A DNA stretch of 63,768 nt, filler included, from an uncultured Methanosarcinales archaeon (GCA_964388715.1; 4 parts of 3 records of this genome joined end to end with filler, not necessarily neighbours in it); one strand, 5' to 3'; shown: positions 1 to 8,731, numbered from the whole stretch's first letter. Notes: a model not told the origin generated them from the letters alone. Program-made: numbers and translations.

Positions 1-42
1 AATAGAAATTTTTATATATAATCTTCTCATATTGTAGTTAAA

Positions 43-1026
43 ATGGTTAAAAAATCAGTTTTGCAAAGTTTGAATACAAAAGATAGGAAGATTCTTCTGC
101 AACTTGATATTAATGCTAGGCAGTCTGATGTTGAGATAGGTAGAAAAGTTAAACTAGGAAAAGAGATTGTTAATTATAGAATAAAAAGATTACTTAACCT
201 TGGTATTCTGGGAGGTTTCTATACTATGATTGATTTTTCTAAGTTAGGTTATAGGAATATTAGGGTTTATATTAAATTTCAAACAGCATCATTGGAAAAG
301 GAAAAAGAAATATTTGATTATCTGGTTAAGAATAAGAATACTTTTGAAGTTATAAAAGCTGATGGGGATTGGGATCTTGTATTTACTGTTTTAGTAAAAA
401 ATATTGATAATTTTTTTAAGATATGGGATGAGTTTCAGTTAAAGTATAAAGAATATATCTATAAAAAAGAGATTTCATTATTTCATAAGTATATTCATTA
501 CCCAAGATTTTATCTTATTAACAAACCTAATCTAGATCATACAGGACTTATTACAGGTGGTTCAAAAGAGATAGAGGTTGATGATATTGATTGGGGAATC
601 TTAAAAAATCTTGCTACAAATGCAAGAATGAGTTTGGTTGATTTAGCACGAAAAGTTAAGTTAAGTCCTGGTGCTGTTAGGTATAGAATGAAACAATTAA
701 GGGAAAAAAGGGTAATTCTGAGGTATAAAGCTAATCTTTATTTAAGTAAAATAGGGTACAGATTTTTTAAAGTTGATATTGAATTAAGAAATGTTGCAAT
801 TAAGAAAGAATTAAAGCAATTTGTAAGGCAACATCCTAATATTATTGCAGAAAACATTCCTTTAGGAGGTTCAGATTTTCAGTTTGATTTGGAAGCTAAG
901 AGTTATGGGGAGTTCCTTAGAATCATAAATGAGATTCGTGAAAACTTTAAAGAAAACATAAAACTGATAAAGTACTATAGTGCCACTGGGTTTCGTAAGA
1001 TTCTGTATTTGCCTCCTGAAAAATAA
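43..1026 (+). CDS. Lrp/AsnC-family transcriptional regulator, tandem-duplicated (two HTH + RAM units)
   Basis: Two AsnC HTH units (DRKILLQLDINARQSDVEIGRKV..VNYRIKRL and DWGILKNLATNARMSLVDLARKV..VRYRMKQL), each followed by a RAM-like domain (GDWDL, GGSDF); TATA TTTATATA upstream. Confidence 0.9.
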   Translation: MVKKSVLQSLNTKDRKILLQLDINARQSDVEIGRKVKLGKEIVNYRIKRLLNLGILGGFYTMIDFSKLGYRNIRVYIKFQTASLEKEKEIFDYLVKNKNTFEVIKADGDWDLVFTVLVKNIDNFFKIWDEFQLKYKEYIYKKEISLFHKYIHYPRFYLINKPNLDHTGLITGGSKEIEVDDIDWGILKNLATNARMSLVDLARKVKLSPGAVRYRMKQLREKRVILRYKANLYLSKIGYRFFKVDIELRNVAIKKELKQFVRQHPNIIAENIPLGGSDFQFDLEAKSYGEFLRIINEIRENFKENIKLIKYYSATGFRKILYLPPEK

Positions 1027-1173
1027 TAAGATATCTTTATTTTTAAGTAAAAAAATAGGTTGTTTTTTTCTTTTTGATTTAAATTCTATGAAAAACTTTT
1101 ATATATCTGCTATGCTTTATTTATCATAAGATAATGTACTACTTCCGTAGTTTATGCGGAAGAGGGGGTGGGT

Positions 1174-1320
1174 ATGGTGAAAACCATAATACAACAAATA
1201 GAACAAGATTTAATGAATGACTTGGATGTTAATCATTCAAGAGCTCAAGAATTATTAGACAACGATGAAATAAGTCCTGCAGAGGAAGCATTCCTTCGTG
1301 GATATGACGAAGCAAGTTAA
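1174..1320 (+). CDS. Small acidic hypothetical protein, 48 aa (not in ORF track)
   Basis: Hand translation MVKTIIQQIEQDLMNDLDVNHSRAQELLDNDEISPAEEAFLRGYDEAS; G-rich RBS (GAGGGGGTGG) just upstream; BRE/TATA (GAAAAACTTTTATATA) near 1090-1105. Confidence 0.7.
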   Translation: MVKTIIQQIEQDLMNDLDVNHSRAQELLDNDEISPAEEAFLRGYDEAS

Positions 1321-1322
1321 AA

Positions 1323-1439
1323 ATGTCTACGTTTAAAGTTATTGATGATTGGGATGAGGATAATCTGAGGTACAAATTATTAGTTGAGCAAAGCCTGGAA
1401 TACTTTATTATTGCTAATAAATACAACTTTGCTAGTTAA
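1323..1439 (+). CDS. Small hypothetical protein, 38 aa (not in ORF track)
   Basis: MSTFKVIDDWDEDNLRYKLLVEQSLEYFIIANKYNFAS; starts 2 nt after the previous stop. Confidence 0.4.
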   Translation: MSTFKVIDDWDEDNLRYKLLVEQSLEYFIIANKYNFAS

Positions 1440-1524
1440 AACAGTTAATATTCTCTTTTTCTAGAAGACAGAATCTCATTTTATAGTAGTAACTTTTTTA
1501 AAGTGAAGACAGTTTCTGAGGATT

Positions 1525-2502
1525 ATGTCAGGGGTCCACAAAGAAACAATAGAGAAAGCTTTACAAGCTGCTGATCTTTATAGAGAAGGTTATAATGCTA
1601 AAGAGATTGCAGAATTTACAGAATCTACTAGAAGCAGTGTGTACAGACTTTTGAAGATTGCCACTTCTTTGCAAGATGAACAAAAAATAAAAAAAGGTAA
1701 GAAAATTAGTTATAAAGAGTTAGATTTTCTAGGTAGATTAATAAGAAATCATGGTAGCTTTGTTGATACTGGTGGAGAATTAGGTTATTCTTTTCCGAGA
1801 AGGGTTGCATTTAGGAAATACAAGAGTTTGTGTGAGAAATTTCCTCTTTTAGAAGGTATAGCTGAAGAAGCACATAATTATGCTGTTGAGCAGGGTATTC
1901 CTCTTAAAAAATATTTAAGAGTAAGAGCTTATAGAGCATATTATTTAATGGAATTATCTCTTGATCCTGATGATGTTGCTGATATTGTTGGACTAGGGCG
2001 TGATCATATCTGGGAAGAAGTAAGAAATGCTTCTACAATGGATCCTAACCTTGATGCTGACAAATTACTAAAAAAAGTAAAAGATAAAAGATGGCTTGAT
2101 GATTATCTTGGTTCTGATCGTGAACAGAATGATAAAGCTGTTTTTGATGTTTTTATTAAAACTGGTGATTCTAATAAAGCAGTTAAGGTTTCTCGTTATT
2201 CAGATCGAACTAATATTTACTACCAATTGCACAATTATGTGAAAGCTCATCCTGAGTTTAAGGAAAAATTAGATAAAGAATTAGCAAAACAACATGAAAA
2301 GATTATTGAAAGTGCTGGTTTTAAAGCTTGGACAGATGAACGTGCTATCAATGAGTGGAAAGACTTAGTTGGTACTAAAAAACTGAGTACAGCAATCTAT
2401 AAAAAACTAAGAAAAGTAAGAAAAAATAACCCAGAACTCCTTAAACAACACGGCATTGGTTATAATGAAAAAACAGGGAAATATTATTTAATTAAAAAAT
2501 GA
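1525..2502 (+). CDS. Basic multi-HTH hypothetical protein (paralog 1)
   Basis: N-terminal HTH (LYREGYNAKEIAEFTESTRSSVYRLLK), internal HTH-like segment (LDPDDVADIVGLGRDHIWEEVRNA); collinear similarity to the next ORF. Confidence 0.7.
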   Translation: MSGVHKETIEKALQAADLYREGYNAKEIAEFTESTRSSVYRLLKIATSLQDEQKIKKGKKISYKELDFLGRLIRNHGSFVDTGGELGYSFPRRVAFRKYKSLCEKFPLLEGIAEEAHNYAVEQGIPLKKYLRVRAYRAYYLMELSLDPDDVADIVGLGRDHIWEEVRNASTMDPNLDADKLLKKVKDKRWLDDYLGSDREQNDKAVFDVFIKTGDSNKAVKVSRYSDRTNIYYQLHNYVKAHPEFKEKLDKELAKQHEKIIESAGFKAWTDERAINEWKDLVGTKKLSTAIYKKLRKVRKNNPELLKQHGIGYNEKTGKYYLIKK

Positions 2503-3638
2503 CAGATAAAATAACAATAGAGCGAATAATTGGAAACTTTTTTCTTACTGGTGGGAATGTGTATATGACTGCTAAAAGGGTAAATTGTGATGTGGAATAC
2601 GTTGATCATGTTATTGATGATTTAATTGGTTCTGGGATATTTGATTATGCTAATAAGAAAAGAAGAGGGATTGATAATTTAAGAAAAAAGGCTGTGGAGA
2701 TAAGGCATACTTATTTTGCAATGGTTTGTTTGGAAGCAAAGGATCAGGCTTTGGCTATGGGACGCTTGAAGTTGGAAAATGAAGGAACATTCGATGGGAG
2801 AATTAGGCATCTTCGCTTTGGTTTTAAAAGAAAAGTAATGAAAGCTTTAGGAATGAAGAGTCCTAAAGAGTTAAAAGAGATAAGATCTCAGGCAAAATAT
2901 GAAAGTAATATTCTGTTTATTAAAACTTTAATAAAAAATTATGGACATTTGGCTGATACTGGGCTTGAGTTAGGGATGAGTAGTACTGGGAAATATAGAG
3001 CAGCAGCTTTTGAGAGGTATCGTGGATTTAGGACAAGTAAATTAGGAGTTTTTATAAAAGCTCTTAGGGATTTTGCTCGTGCTAATCAAATACATTCTAA
3101 ACAGTTTAGGGGTCAGGCTTATGTTACTTATGGGTTTTTAAGAGCAGGTTATAGTGCTAATGAAATTATGAAGATAATTGATGTTAATAAAACTACTTTT
3201 GGAGGAAGGATTAAAACAGCTGTTTGTGTTTTGGAGCATTTGACTGAAGATGAGTTTGATAATTTAGTAAAGCGCAATAGGTATATTAATTCAAATCATT
3301 ATAAAAAAGATAAGGAAATTTTTGAAACGCGTGTAACAAAAGGACGGAAAGATGCAGAACAACTTTATCCTGGAATGAATGTTCATGTTTCTATTAATCG
3401 ATATCTTGCAGTGCATCCTGAGCTTAGACAAAAGTTTGAGAGGAAGAAAAGAAGTTATTATATTTGGACTGATGAGAAGGTTGTTGAGACTAAAAAGCAA
3501 GATATAAGCAATGGGGTTCGCTCTAAAAGATATGTGCTTCAAAGATTAAAACAACTAAAAGATAGAAATTTGGAGGAAATGAATAGGCTTGGTTTAGACT
3601 TTAAGGGTAGGAAATATTGTACTATGGAAAATGAATGA
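2499..3638 (+). CDS. Basic multi-HTH hypothetical protein (paralog 2)
   Basis: Fis-like GGNVYMTAKRVNCD, HTH GYSANEIMKIIDVNKTTFGGRIK; ATGA overlap with the upstream gene. Confidence 0.7.
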   Translation: MTDKITIERIIGNFFLTGGNVYMTAKRVNCDVEYVDHVIDDLIGSGIFDYANKKRRGIDNLRKKAVEIRHTYFAMVCLEAKDQALAMGRLKLENEGTFDGRIRHLRFGFKRKVMKALGMKSPKELKEIRSQAKYESNILFIKTLIKNYGHLADTGLELGMSSTGKYRAAAFERYRGFRTSKLGVFIKALRDFARANQIHSKQFRGQAYVTYGFLRAGYSANEIMKIIDVNKTTFGGRIKTAVCVLEHLTEDEFDNLVKRNRYINSNHYKKDKEIFETRVTKGRKDAEQLYPGMNVHVSINRYLAVHPELRQKFERKKRSYYIWTDEKVVETKKQDISNGVRSKRYVLQRLKQLKDRNLEEMNRLGLDFKGRKYCTMENE

Positions 3639-4186
3639 AGAAGCAAGAAGAATATTGGAATTAGTAAGGGTTTATCCTTATTATGGATATGTTAGGACAG
3701 AATTAGTTCATAGAGTGCCTAATGAGGAAAGAAAGTCTGGTTGTACAAATGAAGCAATAATGGAAAAACTGAAATCTGTTTTATCATCTGAGCCTGGTTT
3801 AGAACATGAAGTGATGGGACTTATANNNNNNNNNNNNNNNNNNNNNNNNNNNNNNNNNNNNNNNNNNNNNNNNNNNNNNNNNNNNNNNNNNNNNNNNNNN
3901 NNNNNNNNNNNNNNNNNNNNNNNNNTATTTGTTAGGCAGATTAGAACAAAATGAAGTAATGAAAAAACAAACAGCTAATGATAGAGTTGTTGCTATATTA
4001 TCAATAAGGCATAAGGAACTTGCACTCAAAACTTATAAGAAAAATTATGATCCTAAAGGTACAATGGAGGATGTTGATGCTCTTATACAGAGGTATCTTA
4101 AGCAAGAACCGCATATGAAACCTTTATTTGAACAGAATAATTGTGGAAGTTGTTCTAATTGCGGAAAAGATTGTTATGAGAAGTAA
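3631..4186 (+). CDS. Hypothetical protein spanning an assembly gap, with Cys-rich C-terminus
   Basis: Frame open up to the gap (3825) and again from 3926; ends CGSCSNCGKDC; IQRYLKQEPHMKPLFE resembles INRYLAVHPELRQKFE of the upstream paralog. Confidence 0.55.
3826..3925. other. Scaffold gap (100 N)
   Basis: Run of N. Confidence 0.99.
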
Positions 4187-4218
4187 GTTTTATAAAGGTT
4201 TTAACTTATTCTAGATTT

Positions 4219-5388
4219 ATGTCATACAAAGCAAACATCTGGAAGATGAATCTGTTTCATTTCTTTATTAGTTTTCATCTTATTGGTGGTGTGTTGGTTC
4301 CATTCTTTATGGATTGGGGTGGGTTGACTTTTTCACGAGTTATGATTTTACAGTCATGGTTTGTGTTATGTGTTTTCTTATTAGAAATCCCAACAGGAAC
4401 TGTTGCTGATTATCTTGGTAGGAAGGCGTCTGTGATAATTGGAATTGTTGTGAACATTGCTGCTGCTCTTCTTTATTCATGGATACCCAACTTTTATATC
4501 TTTATGATGGCTGAATTTTTGTGGGCAATGGCAAATGCACTTTTTTCAGGTGCAGAAGAAGCTCTTGTTTATGATTCACTTAAGAAAATTAGAAGAGAAA
4601 ATACTTCAAAGAAAGTGCTTGGTAAATTCCATAGTTATAATCTGCTTGGTTTAATGGTTGGAGCTCCAATTGGAAGTTTGATTGCAAAGTATATGGGGTT
4701 AAGGTACACAATGATGTTGATGTTTGTGCCGTTTTCAATTGCTTTGTTAATTTCATTGACATTAAAGGAACCTAAAATAAAACATAAAAAAGAAAATTAT
4801 TTCAGAATATTGGTTAATGGCATGAAATATTTTAAAAATCACAGAACATTAAAAATATTAGCATTTGATAAGATTTCAATTTGGGTTTTATCATTTATGT
4901 TAGTCTGGATGTACCAGCCATTGCTTCAAAGTTTAGGATTAAGTATTGCGTTTTTTGGTTTAGTACATGCTGGTATAGCTGGAATGGAGATTGTTGTGTC
5001 AAGAAACTTTGATTTTTTTGAGAGAATTGTTGGATCAAAGTTAGGATATCTTTTTTTTAGTTCACTTATTGCTGGAATTGGGTTTATTATGTTAGGAAGT
5101 TTTAATTATCTTCCACTTGCTATAATTATGATGGTTTTAGTAGGTGGTTTTGGTTTAACACGGAAAGCTATTTTTTCAAGTTATCTTAATAAACACATTG
5201 AATCACATAACAGGGCTACTGTTTTATCAACAATATCAATGATTGAGAAGCTTAGTTCTTTCCTGATATATCCTATTGTTGGTTTTATGGTTGATTGGTC
5301 ATTGAATTATAGTTTTATTATCATTGGTAGTTTAATCTTGATTTCAGCAATAGTTTCTAGAGTAGAAGAAGGAATGTTAATTGATTAA
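4219..5388 (+). CDS. MFS transporter
   Basis: About 12 hydrophobic helices; MFS motif A EIPTGTVADYLGRK; C-terminal RATVLS. Confidence 0.9.
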   Translation: MSYKANIWKMNLFHFFISFHLIGGVLVPFFMDWGGLTFSRVMILQSWFVLCVFLLEIPTGTVADYLGRKASVIIGIVVNIAAALLYSWIPNFYIFMMAEFLWAMANALFSGAEEALVYDSLKKIRRENTSKKVLGKFHSYNLLGLMVGAPIGSLIAKYMGLRYTMMLMFVPFSIALLISLTLKEPKIKHKKENYFRILVNGMKYFKNHRTLKILAFDKISIWVLSFMLVWMYQPLLQSLGLSIAFFGLVHAGIAGMEIVVSRNFDFFERIVGSKLGYLFFSSLIAGIGFIMLGSFNYLPLAIIMMVLVGGFGLTRKAIFSSYLNKHIESHNRATVLSTISMIEKLSSFLIYPIVGFMVDWSLNYSFIIIGSLILISAIVSRVEEGMLID

Positions 5389-6369
5389 TAATTCTATTAA
5401 AGGTTTAACTTCTTGGTAAGGAAGTTGTTTTTTATCTTTTTCTTGTCTTTTATTCCAATGACCTAACTCTTCTACAACAGAATAAGTCATTCCATGGAAA
5501 TCACTTCCACCACTAACAAAAAGTTCTAGCTCTTCTGCAATTTTAAGATACTTTTTAACTTGTTCTTCATTATGTTTTAAAGTAAACACTTCAATACCTT
5601 GTAAACCAATATCTTTTAAGTAAGCAATGTATTCTTTTTCTATTCCATTGTATCCTGGATGGGCTAATACTGGAACACCACCAGAATTAATGATGTTTTT
5701 TATTGCATTTTCAATGCTTATAAGTCCTATTAGATTTTTATCAGCTTTAGCTGCCCAGAAAGTTTTACCAATTTGGCCTTCTTTAAGCAAGGGTGCTAAA
5801 ATTTTTTTATATTGATTGATCTCTTTTTGTTTACCTACTAAGAAAAGGCCAACAGCTCCATACCCATCAATAATCATTTCATTTTCTGTTCCATTTATTT
5901 TGTTGTAAAGTTCGTTGATTTTATTTGCTATGTAAACACCAACATGCATATCTCCTTTTTGATCATTTTTACTTATTTGACCAATTTCTTCAATTGTTGG
6001 TTTAATCACACTTCCATCTGATAAAATAATAGGATTTTTTTGTGCTAATCGACATCTCTTTTCAGTTGCATTGTCTCTTGATTTGGCACATTTATCAAAA
6101 AATTTTGTAAGTTCTGGATTAACTTCATAAATATTGTAACCAAGAATATGGGCCCTAACATCACCACTTCTAGTGCTTATTTCAACACCAGGAATCACTT
6201 TTATTCCATATTTTTCACCAGCTTTAACTGCTTGTTTATTGCCTTCAATACTGTTATGGTCTGTTTTTGCAATTAATTCAAGACCACTGTCTCTAGCAAA
6301 TTCAACTATTTCAGTAGGAGTATATTCTCCATCTGATTCTGTTGTATGTGTGTGTAAGTCGTATTTCAT
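5377..6369 (-). CDS. PHP-domain metal-dependent phosphoesterase (YciV/TrpH-like)
   Basis: DLHTHTTESDG, TDHN, GVEIS, HILGY, LAHP, GIEV, GGSDFHG. Confidence 0.92.
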   Translation of the reverse strand: MKYDLHTHTTESDGEYTPTEIVEFARDSGLELIAKTDHNSIEGNKQAVKAGEKYGIKVIPGVEISTRSGDVRAHILGYNIYEVNPELTKFFDKCAKSRDNATEKRCRLAQKNPIILSDGSVIKPTIEEIGQISKNDQKGDMHVGVYIANKINELYNKINGTENEMIIDGYGAVGLFLVGKQKEINQYKKILAPLLKEGQIGKTFWAAKADKNLIGLISIENAIKNIINSGGVPVLAHPGYNGIEKEYIAYLKDIGLQGIEVFTLKHNEEQVKKYLKIAEELELFVSGGSDFHGMTYSVVEELGHWNKRQEKDKKQLPYQEVKPLIELLIN

Positions 6370-6481
6370 CTAATTATTAATGGTATTTCATAGTATTTAA
6401 ATCTTTCTATTTTATCACTACTTATCAGTTACAATAAATTCCATCAAAACCTTTAAATACTTTCTAAACTTAAAATCTGTT

Positions 6482-6964
6482 ATGAAAGTTGATGTTATCC
6501 CAAATGCGTGTCCTGCTTGTGGTGGTGATCTGGCTGGGACAAAAGAATTAAAGTATTTATGTAAAAAGTGTAATATTCTTTACAGTAGAGTTAAAGGACA
6601 TGTTGATCATCAGGAAAGTGTTTCTAAAAGGCCTGTTATCATGTTTATTGCGTCGCTTGGTTCTGATAAGTATCATGCATTGAATTGTCCTTATTTTAAA
6701 AACATCAAAGAGTCAAATAAGGTTTATTTTTCTTCACATAAACATGCAAAAGAGAATGGTTATACTCCTTGTATTTGCGTGAAACGTTTTGAATTGAAAA
6801 AAAAGAAACCAAATTACAAGTTTATTGCTTCTCAACTTGAAGAAGAATTCCATACATTGAACTGTCCTCTTGCGATTAGAATCAAAAAAGAGAACTTAGT
6901 TACGTTCAAAAGTAAGCAAGAAGCAATAAAGAAAGGGTTTAAGCCTGGGGAGTGTTTGAGATAG
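6482..6964 (+). CDS. Zn-ribbon plus two Ada-type metal-binding domains
   Basis: CPACGG..CKKC then two repeats FIAS....(Y/F)H..NCP...IK..N.V.F.S...A...G(Y/F).P. Confidence 0.75.
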   Translation: MKVDVIPNACPACGGDLAGTKELKYLCKKCNILYSRVKGHVDHQESVSKRPVIMFIASLGSDKYHALNCPYFKNIKESNKVYFSSHKHAKENGYTPCICVKRFELKKKKPNYKFIASQLEEEFHTLNCPLAIRIKKENLVTFKSKQEAIKKGFKPGECLR

Positions 6965-7934
6965 TAATTCCAAACTTTCTTGCGACGTATTTAAGTGCGC
7001 TTTGGCCTGATGCTGATTGTGTTCTCCAATTTTTATAAAACGAATTCTGTGCATTGTATACATTGCAAGCAGCAAGTCTTGCTAAAGCTTCTGGCACATC
7101 AAGTTTATCTTTGGCTAAGTTTTCAAATATTTGGTAGTGGAAGTTATTATGTGGAAATATCTTTGCAATTTCTGGTCTTTTCTTTAATCTTGGGATCAGC
7201 ATTTCATGTAAGAGTGTAATCATGGGTTTATATTCACCTGTCTTTGTGTTAAACAATTTACTTTTTATGATTGTCATTGGTTTTCCTTTGTAAATGTCAA
7301 ATATTCTGTACCATTCACTTAAGTAGGATAATTCAACATATTTTTTTATGAAATGTCTGCCTGAAAACCTGTCTGGAAGTAATAGTAAAGTAAGGTCAAT
7401 TGTGTTTTCAATTGTTTTGTTTATTACTTGATCAAATTCAATTTGAAAGCTAGGTTTTACGTCGACTATGTTTAATGGTTTAGAAAGTCTTCCTGGAAGG
7501 TAGAAATCATAGTATCTGTGTTTTTTTGTGAAATTATCTTTTGAAATAAGACTTACTCTGAAAGGTATCTTTGAGTATTCTGCATCAAACCAGAAGTCAA
7601 ATCTGTGTCTTTTTTTTGTTTCGAGATTGTAATAGTTTGGTGTTGGGCCTGTTAAAGCCAGTTGATCATGGAAAGTTCCTTCATCCCATTCAAGAAGATC
7701 GATAAAAGAAGCTAATGCGTTTGTTATATTATCAACAACTACAATGTAATCTGGTTTTTTGTCAAGTGCACCTTGTTTTCCTTGAAGTTCTTTGAATTCA
7801 TCGATACGTTTTTCAAGGTTTTGTGATGCAAAGCTTCCAAATAGAAGTAATGCTTGGATATTGTCTCCAAAAAGATCTCTAACTTCTTGTGAAGTTACTT
7901 GATATATGTCTTTGAGTGTGAGTATTTCTGACAT
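6939..7934 (-). CDS. Tam41/Mmp37-like nucleotidyltransferase (putative phosphatidate cytidylyltransferase)
   Basis: LLFGS, PDYIVVVD, PNYY, FYLPGRLSKP, LLLLPDRFS, LSY and C-terminal ALKYVARKF occur in the order and spacing of Tam41 motifs. Confidence 0.7.
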   Translation of the reverse strand: MSEILTLKDIYQVTSQEVRDLFGDNIQALLLFGSFASQNLEKRIDEFKELQGKQGALDKKPDYIVVVDNITNALASFIDLLEWDEGTFHDQLALTGPTPNYYNLETKKRHRFDFWFDAEYSKIPFRVSLISKDNFTKKHRYYDFYLPGRLSKPLNIVDVKPSFQIEFDQVINKTIENTIDLTLLLLPDRFSGRHFIKKYVELSYLSEWYRIFDIYKGKPMTIIKSKLFNTKTGEYKPMITLLHEMLIPRLKKRPEIAKIFPHNNFHYQIFENLAKDKLDVPEALARLAACNVYNAQNSFYKNWRTQSASGQSALKYVARKFGITISNTPQA

Positions 7935-7987
7935 ATAAATTAGAAGTTGTGATTAATTTAAAAATATTTAGATACTTGAGAGAATAA

Positions 7988-8090
7988 TAGCCCTGCACGG
8001 ATTCGAACCGCGGTCCTCTGGCGACTCCATGTGAAGCATGGTCCTTCACATACCAGAACCAAAGATGATTAGCCACTACACTACAGGGCT
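7988..8090 (-). tRNA. tRNA-Gln(CUG) with 30-nt intron at 37/38 (intron 8023-8052)
   Basis: Acceptor AGCCCTG/CAGGGCT+A, D-arm GTGTAGTGGCTAATCAT, anticodon stem TTTGG/CCAGA with loop TTCTGG^G, T-arm CGCGG-TTCGAAT-CCGTG; BHB motif at the junctions; CCA not encoded. Confidence 0.93.
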
Positions 8091-8180
8091 GTTACTGTTG
8101 GATATTCTTAGTTGTTATTTAATGTTTTCGTAAAAAATTTAACCGCAATCTTTATAAACTATTTTGGAACTATTTTAATT

Positions 8181-8360
8181 ATGGCAAGCTTAGAAGTGTT
8201 TAAGGAACATGTAATGAGGATGTGTAGGTATTGTGGTAGCAGTGTTCCTATGGATGCAAAATTTTGTCCAAATTGTTCTGGATTTCTTAAACCTGATTCA
8301 GAAGAAGTTGAAAGTGAAGGGATTGAATTTCCAAAAACTTTTGATCCTTTTAAAAAGTAA
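8181..8360 (+). CDS. Small zinc-ribbon protein
   Basis: CRYCG..DAKFCPNC; ATG at 8181 follows TATA TTTATAAA, preferred over the 8112 start. Confidence 0.7.
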   Translation: MASLEVFKEHVMRMCRYCGSSVPMDAKFCPNCSGFLKPDSEEVESEGIEFPKTFDPFKK

Positions 8361-8363
8361 TTC

Positions 8364-8654
8364 TTATTGTTTTTGTAAAAGGTAAGTTCCTGGCATTAAT
8401 TGATATCCTACAAATCCTTGCATATTACTAGTTGTGTCATCATATGTTGAAGTGTATCCAACAAGACGTCTTCCGATTTCTTCAACTGTGTTATCTTCTG
8501 ATTGGTAAATTTCAATTACTTTTTTTTCTCTATTTATTGGATCTTTAACTACATCATCATCTGTGGATGCTCTTCTTTTGGCTTCCCCAATAATAAGTGT
8601 TATATCTCCTGAACCTTCAAAAGCTCTTATTAACATCTCTCGTGTTATATTCAC
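8364..8654 (-). CDS. Hypothetical protein
   Basis: ORF 8364-8669; GGAGGGG RBS precedes GTG at 8654. Confidence 0.55.
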   Translation of the reverse strand: MNITREMLIRAFEGSGDITLIIGEAKRRASTDDDVVKDPINREKKVIEIYQSEDNTVEEIGRRLVGYTSTYDDTTSNMQGFVGYQLMPGTYLLQKQ

Positions 8655-8731
8655 GTTAATCCCCTCCAATGTATATGGTGACTTGCTGCCCCCTCTTGAG
8701 CAAGTCCCTTATACTTATTTAACTCAGTGCA

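Noticed and set aside
7879..8076. 65-aa ORF on the minus strand
   Set aside because: It is a translation of the tRNA-Gln gene and overlaps the start of the Tam41-like gene
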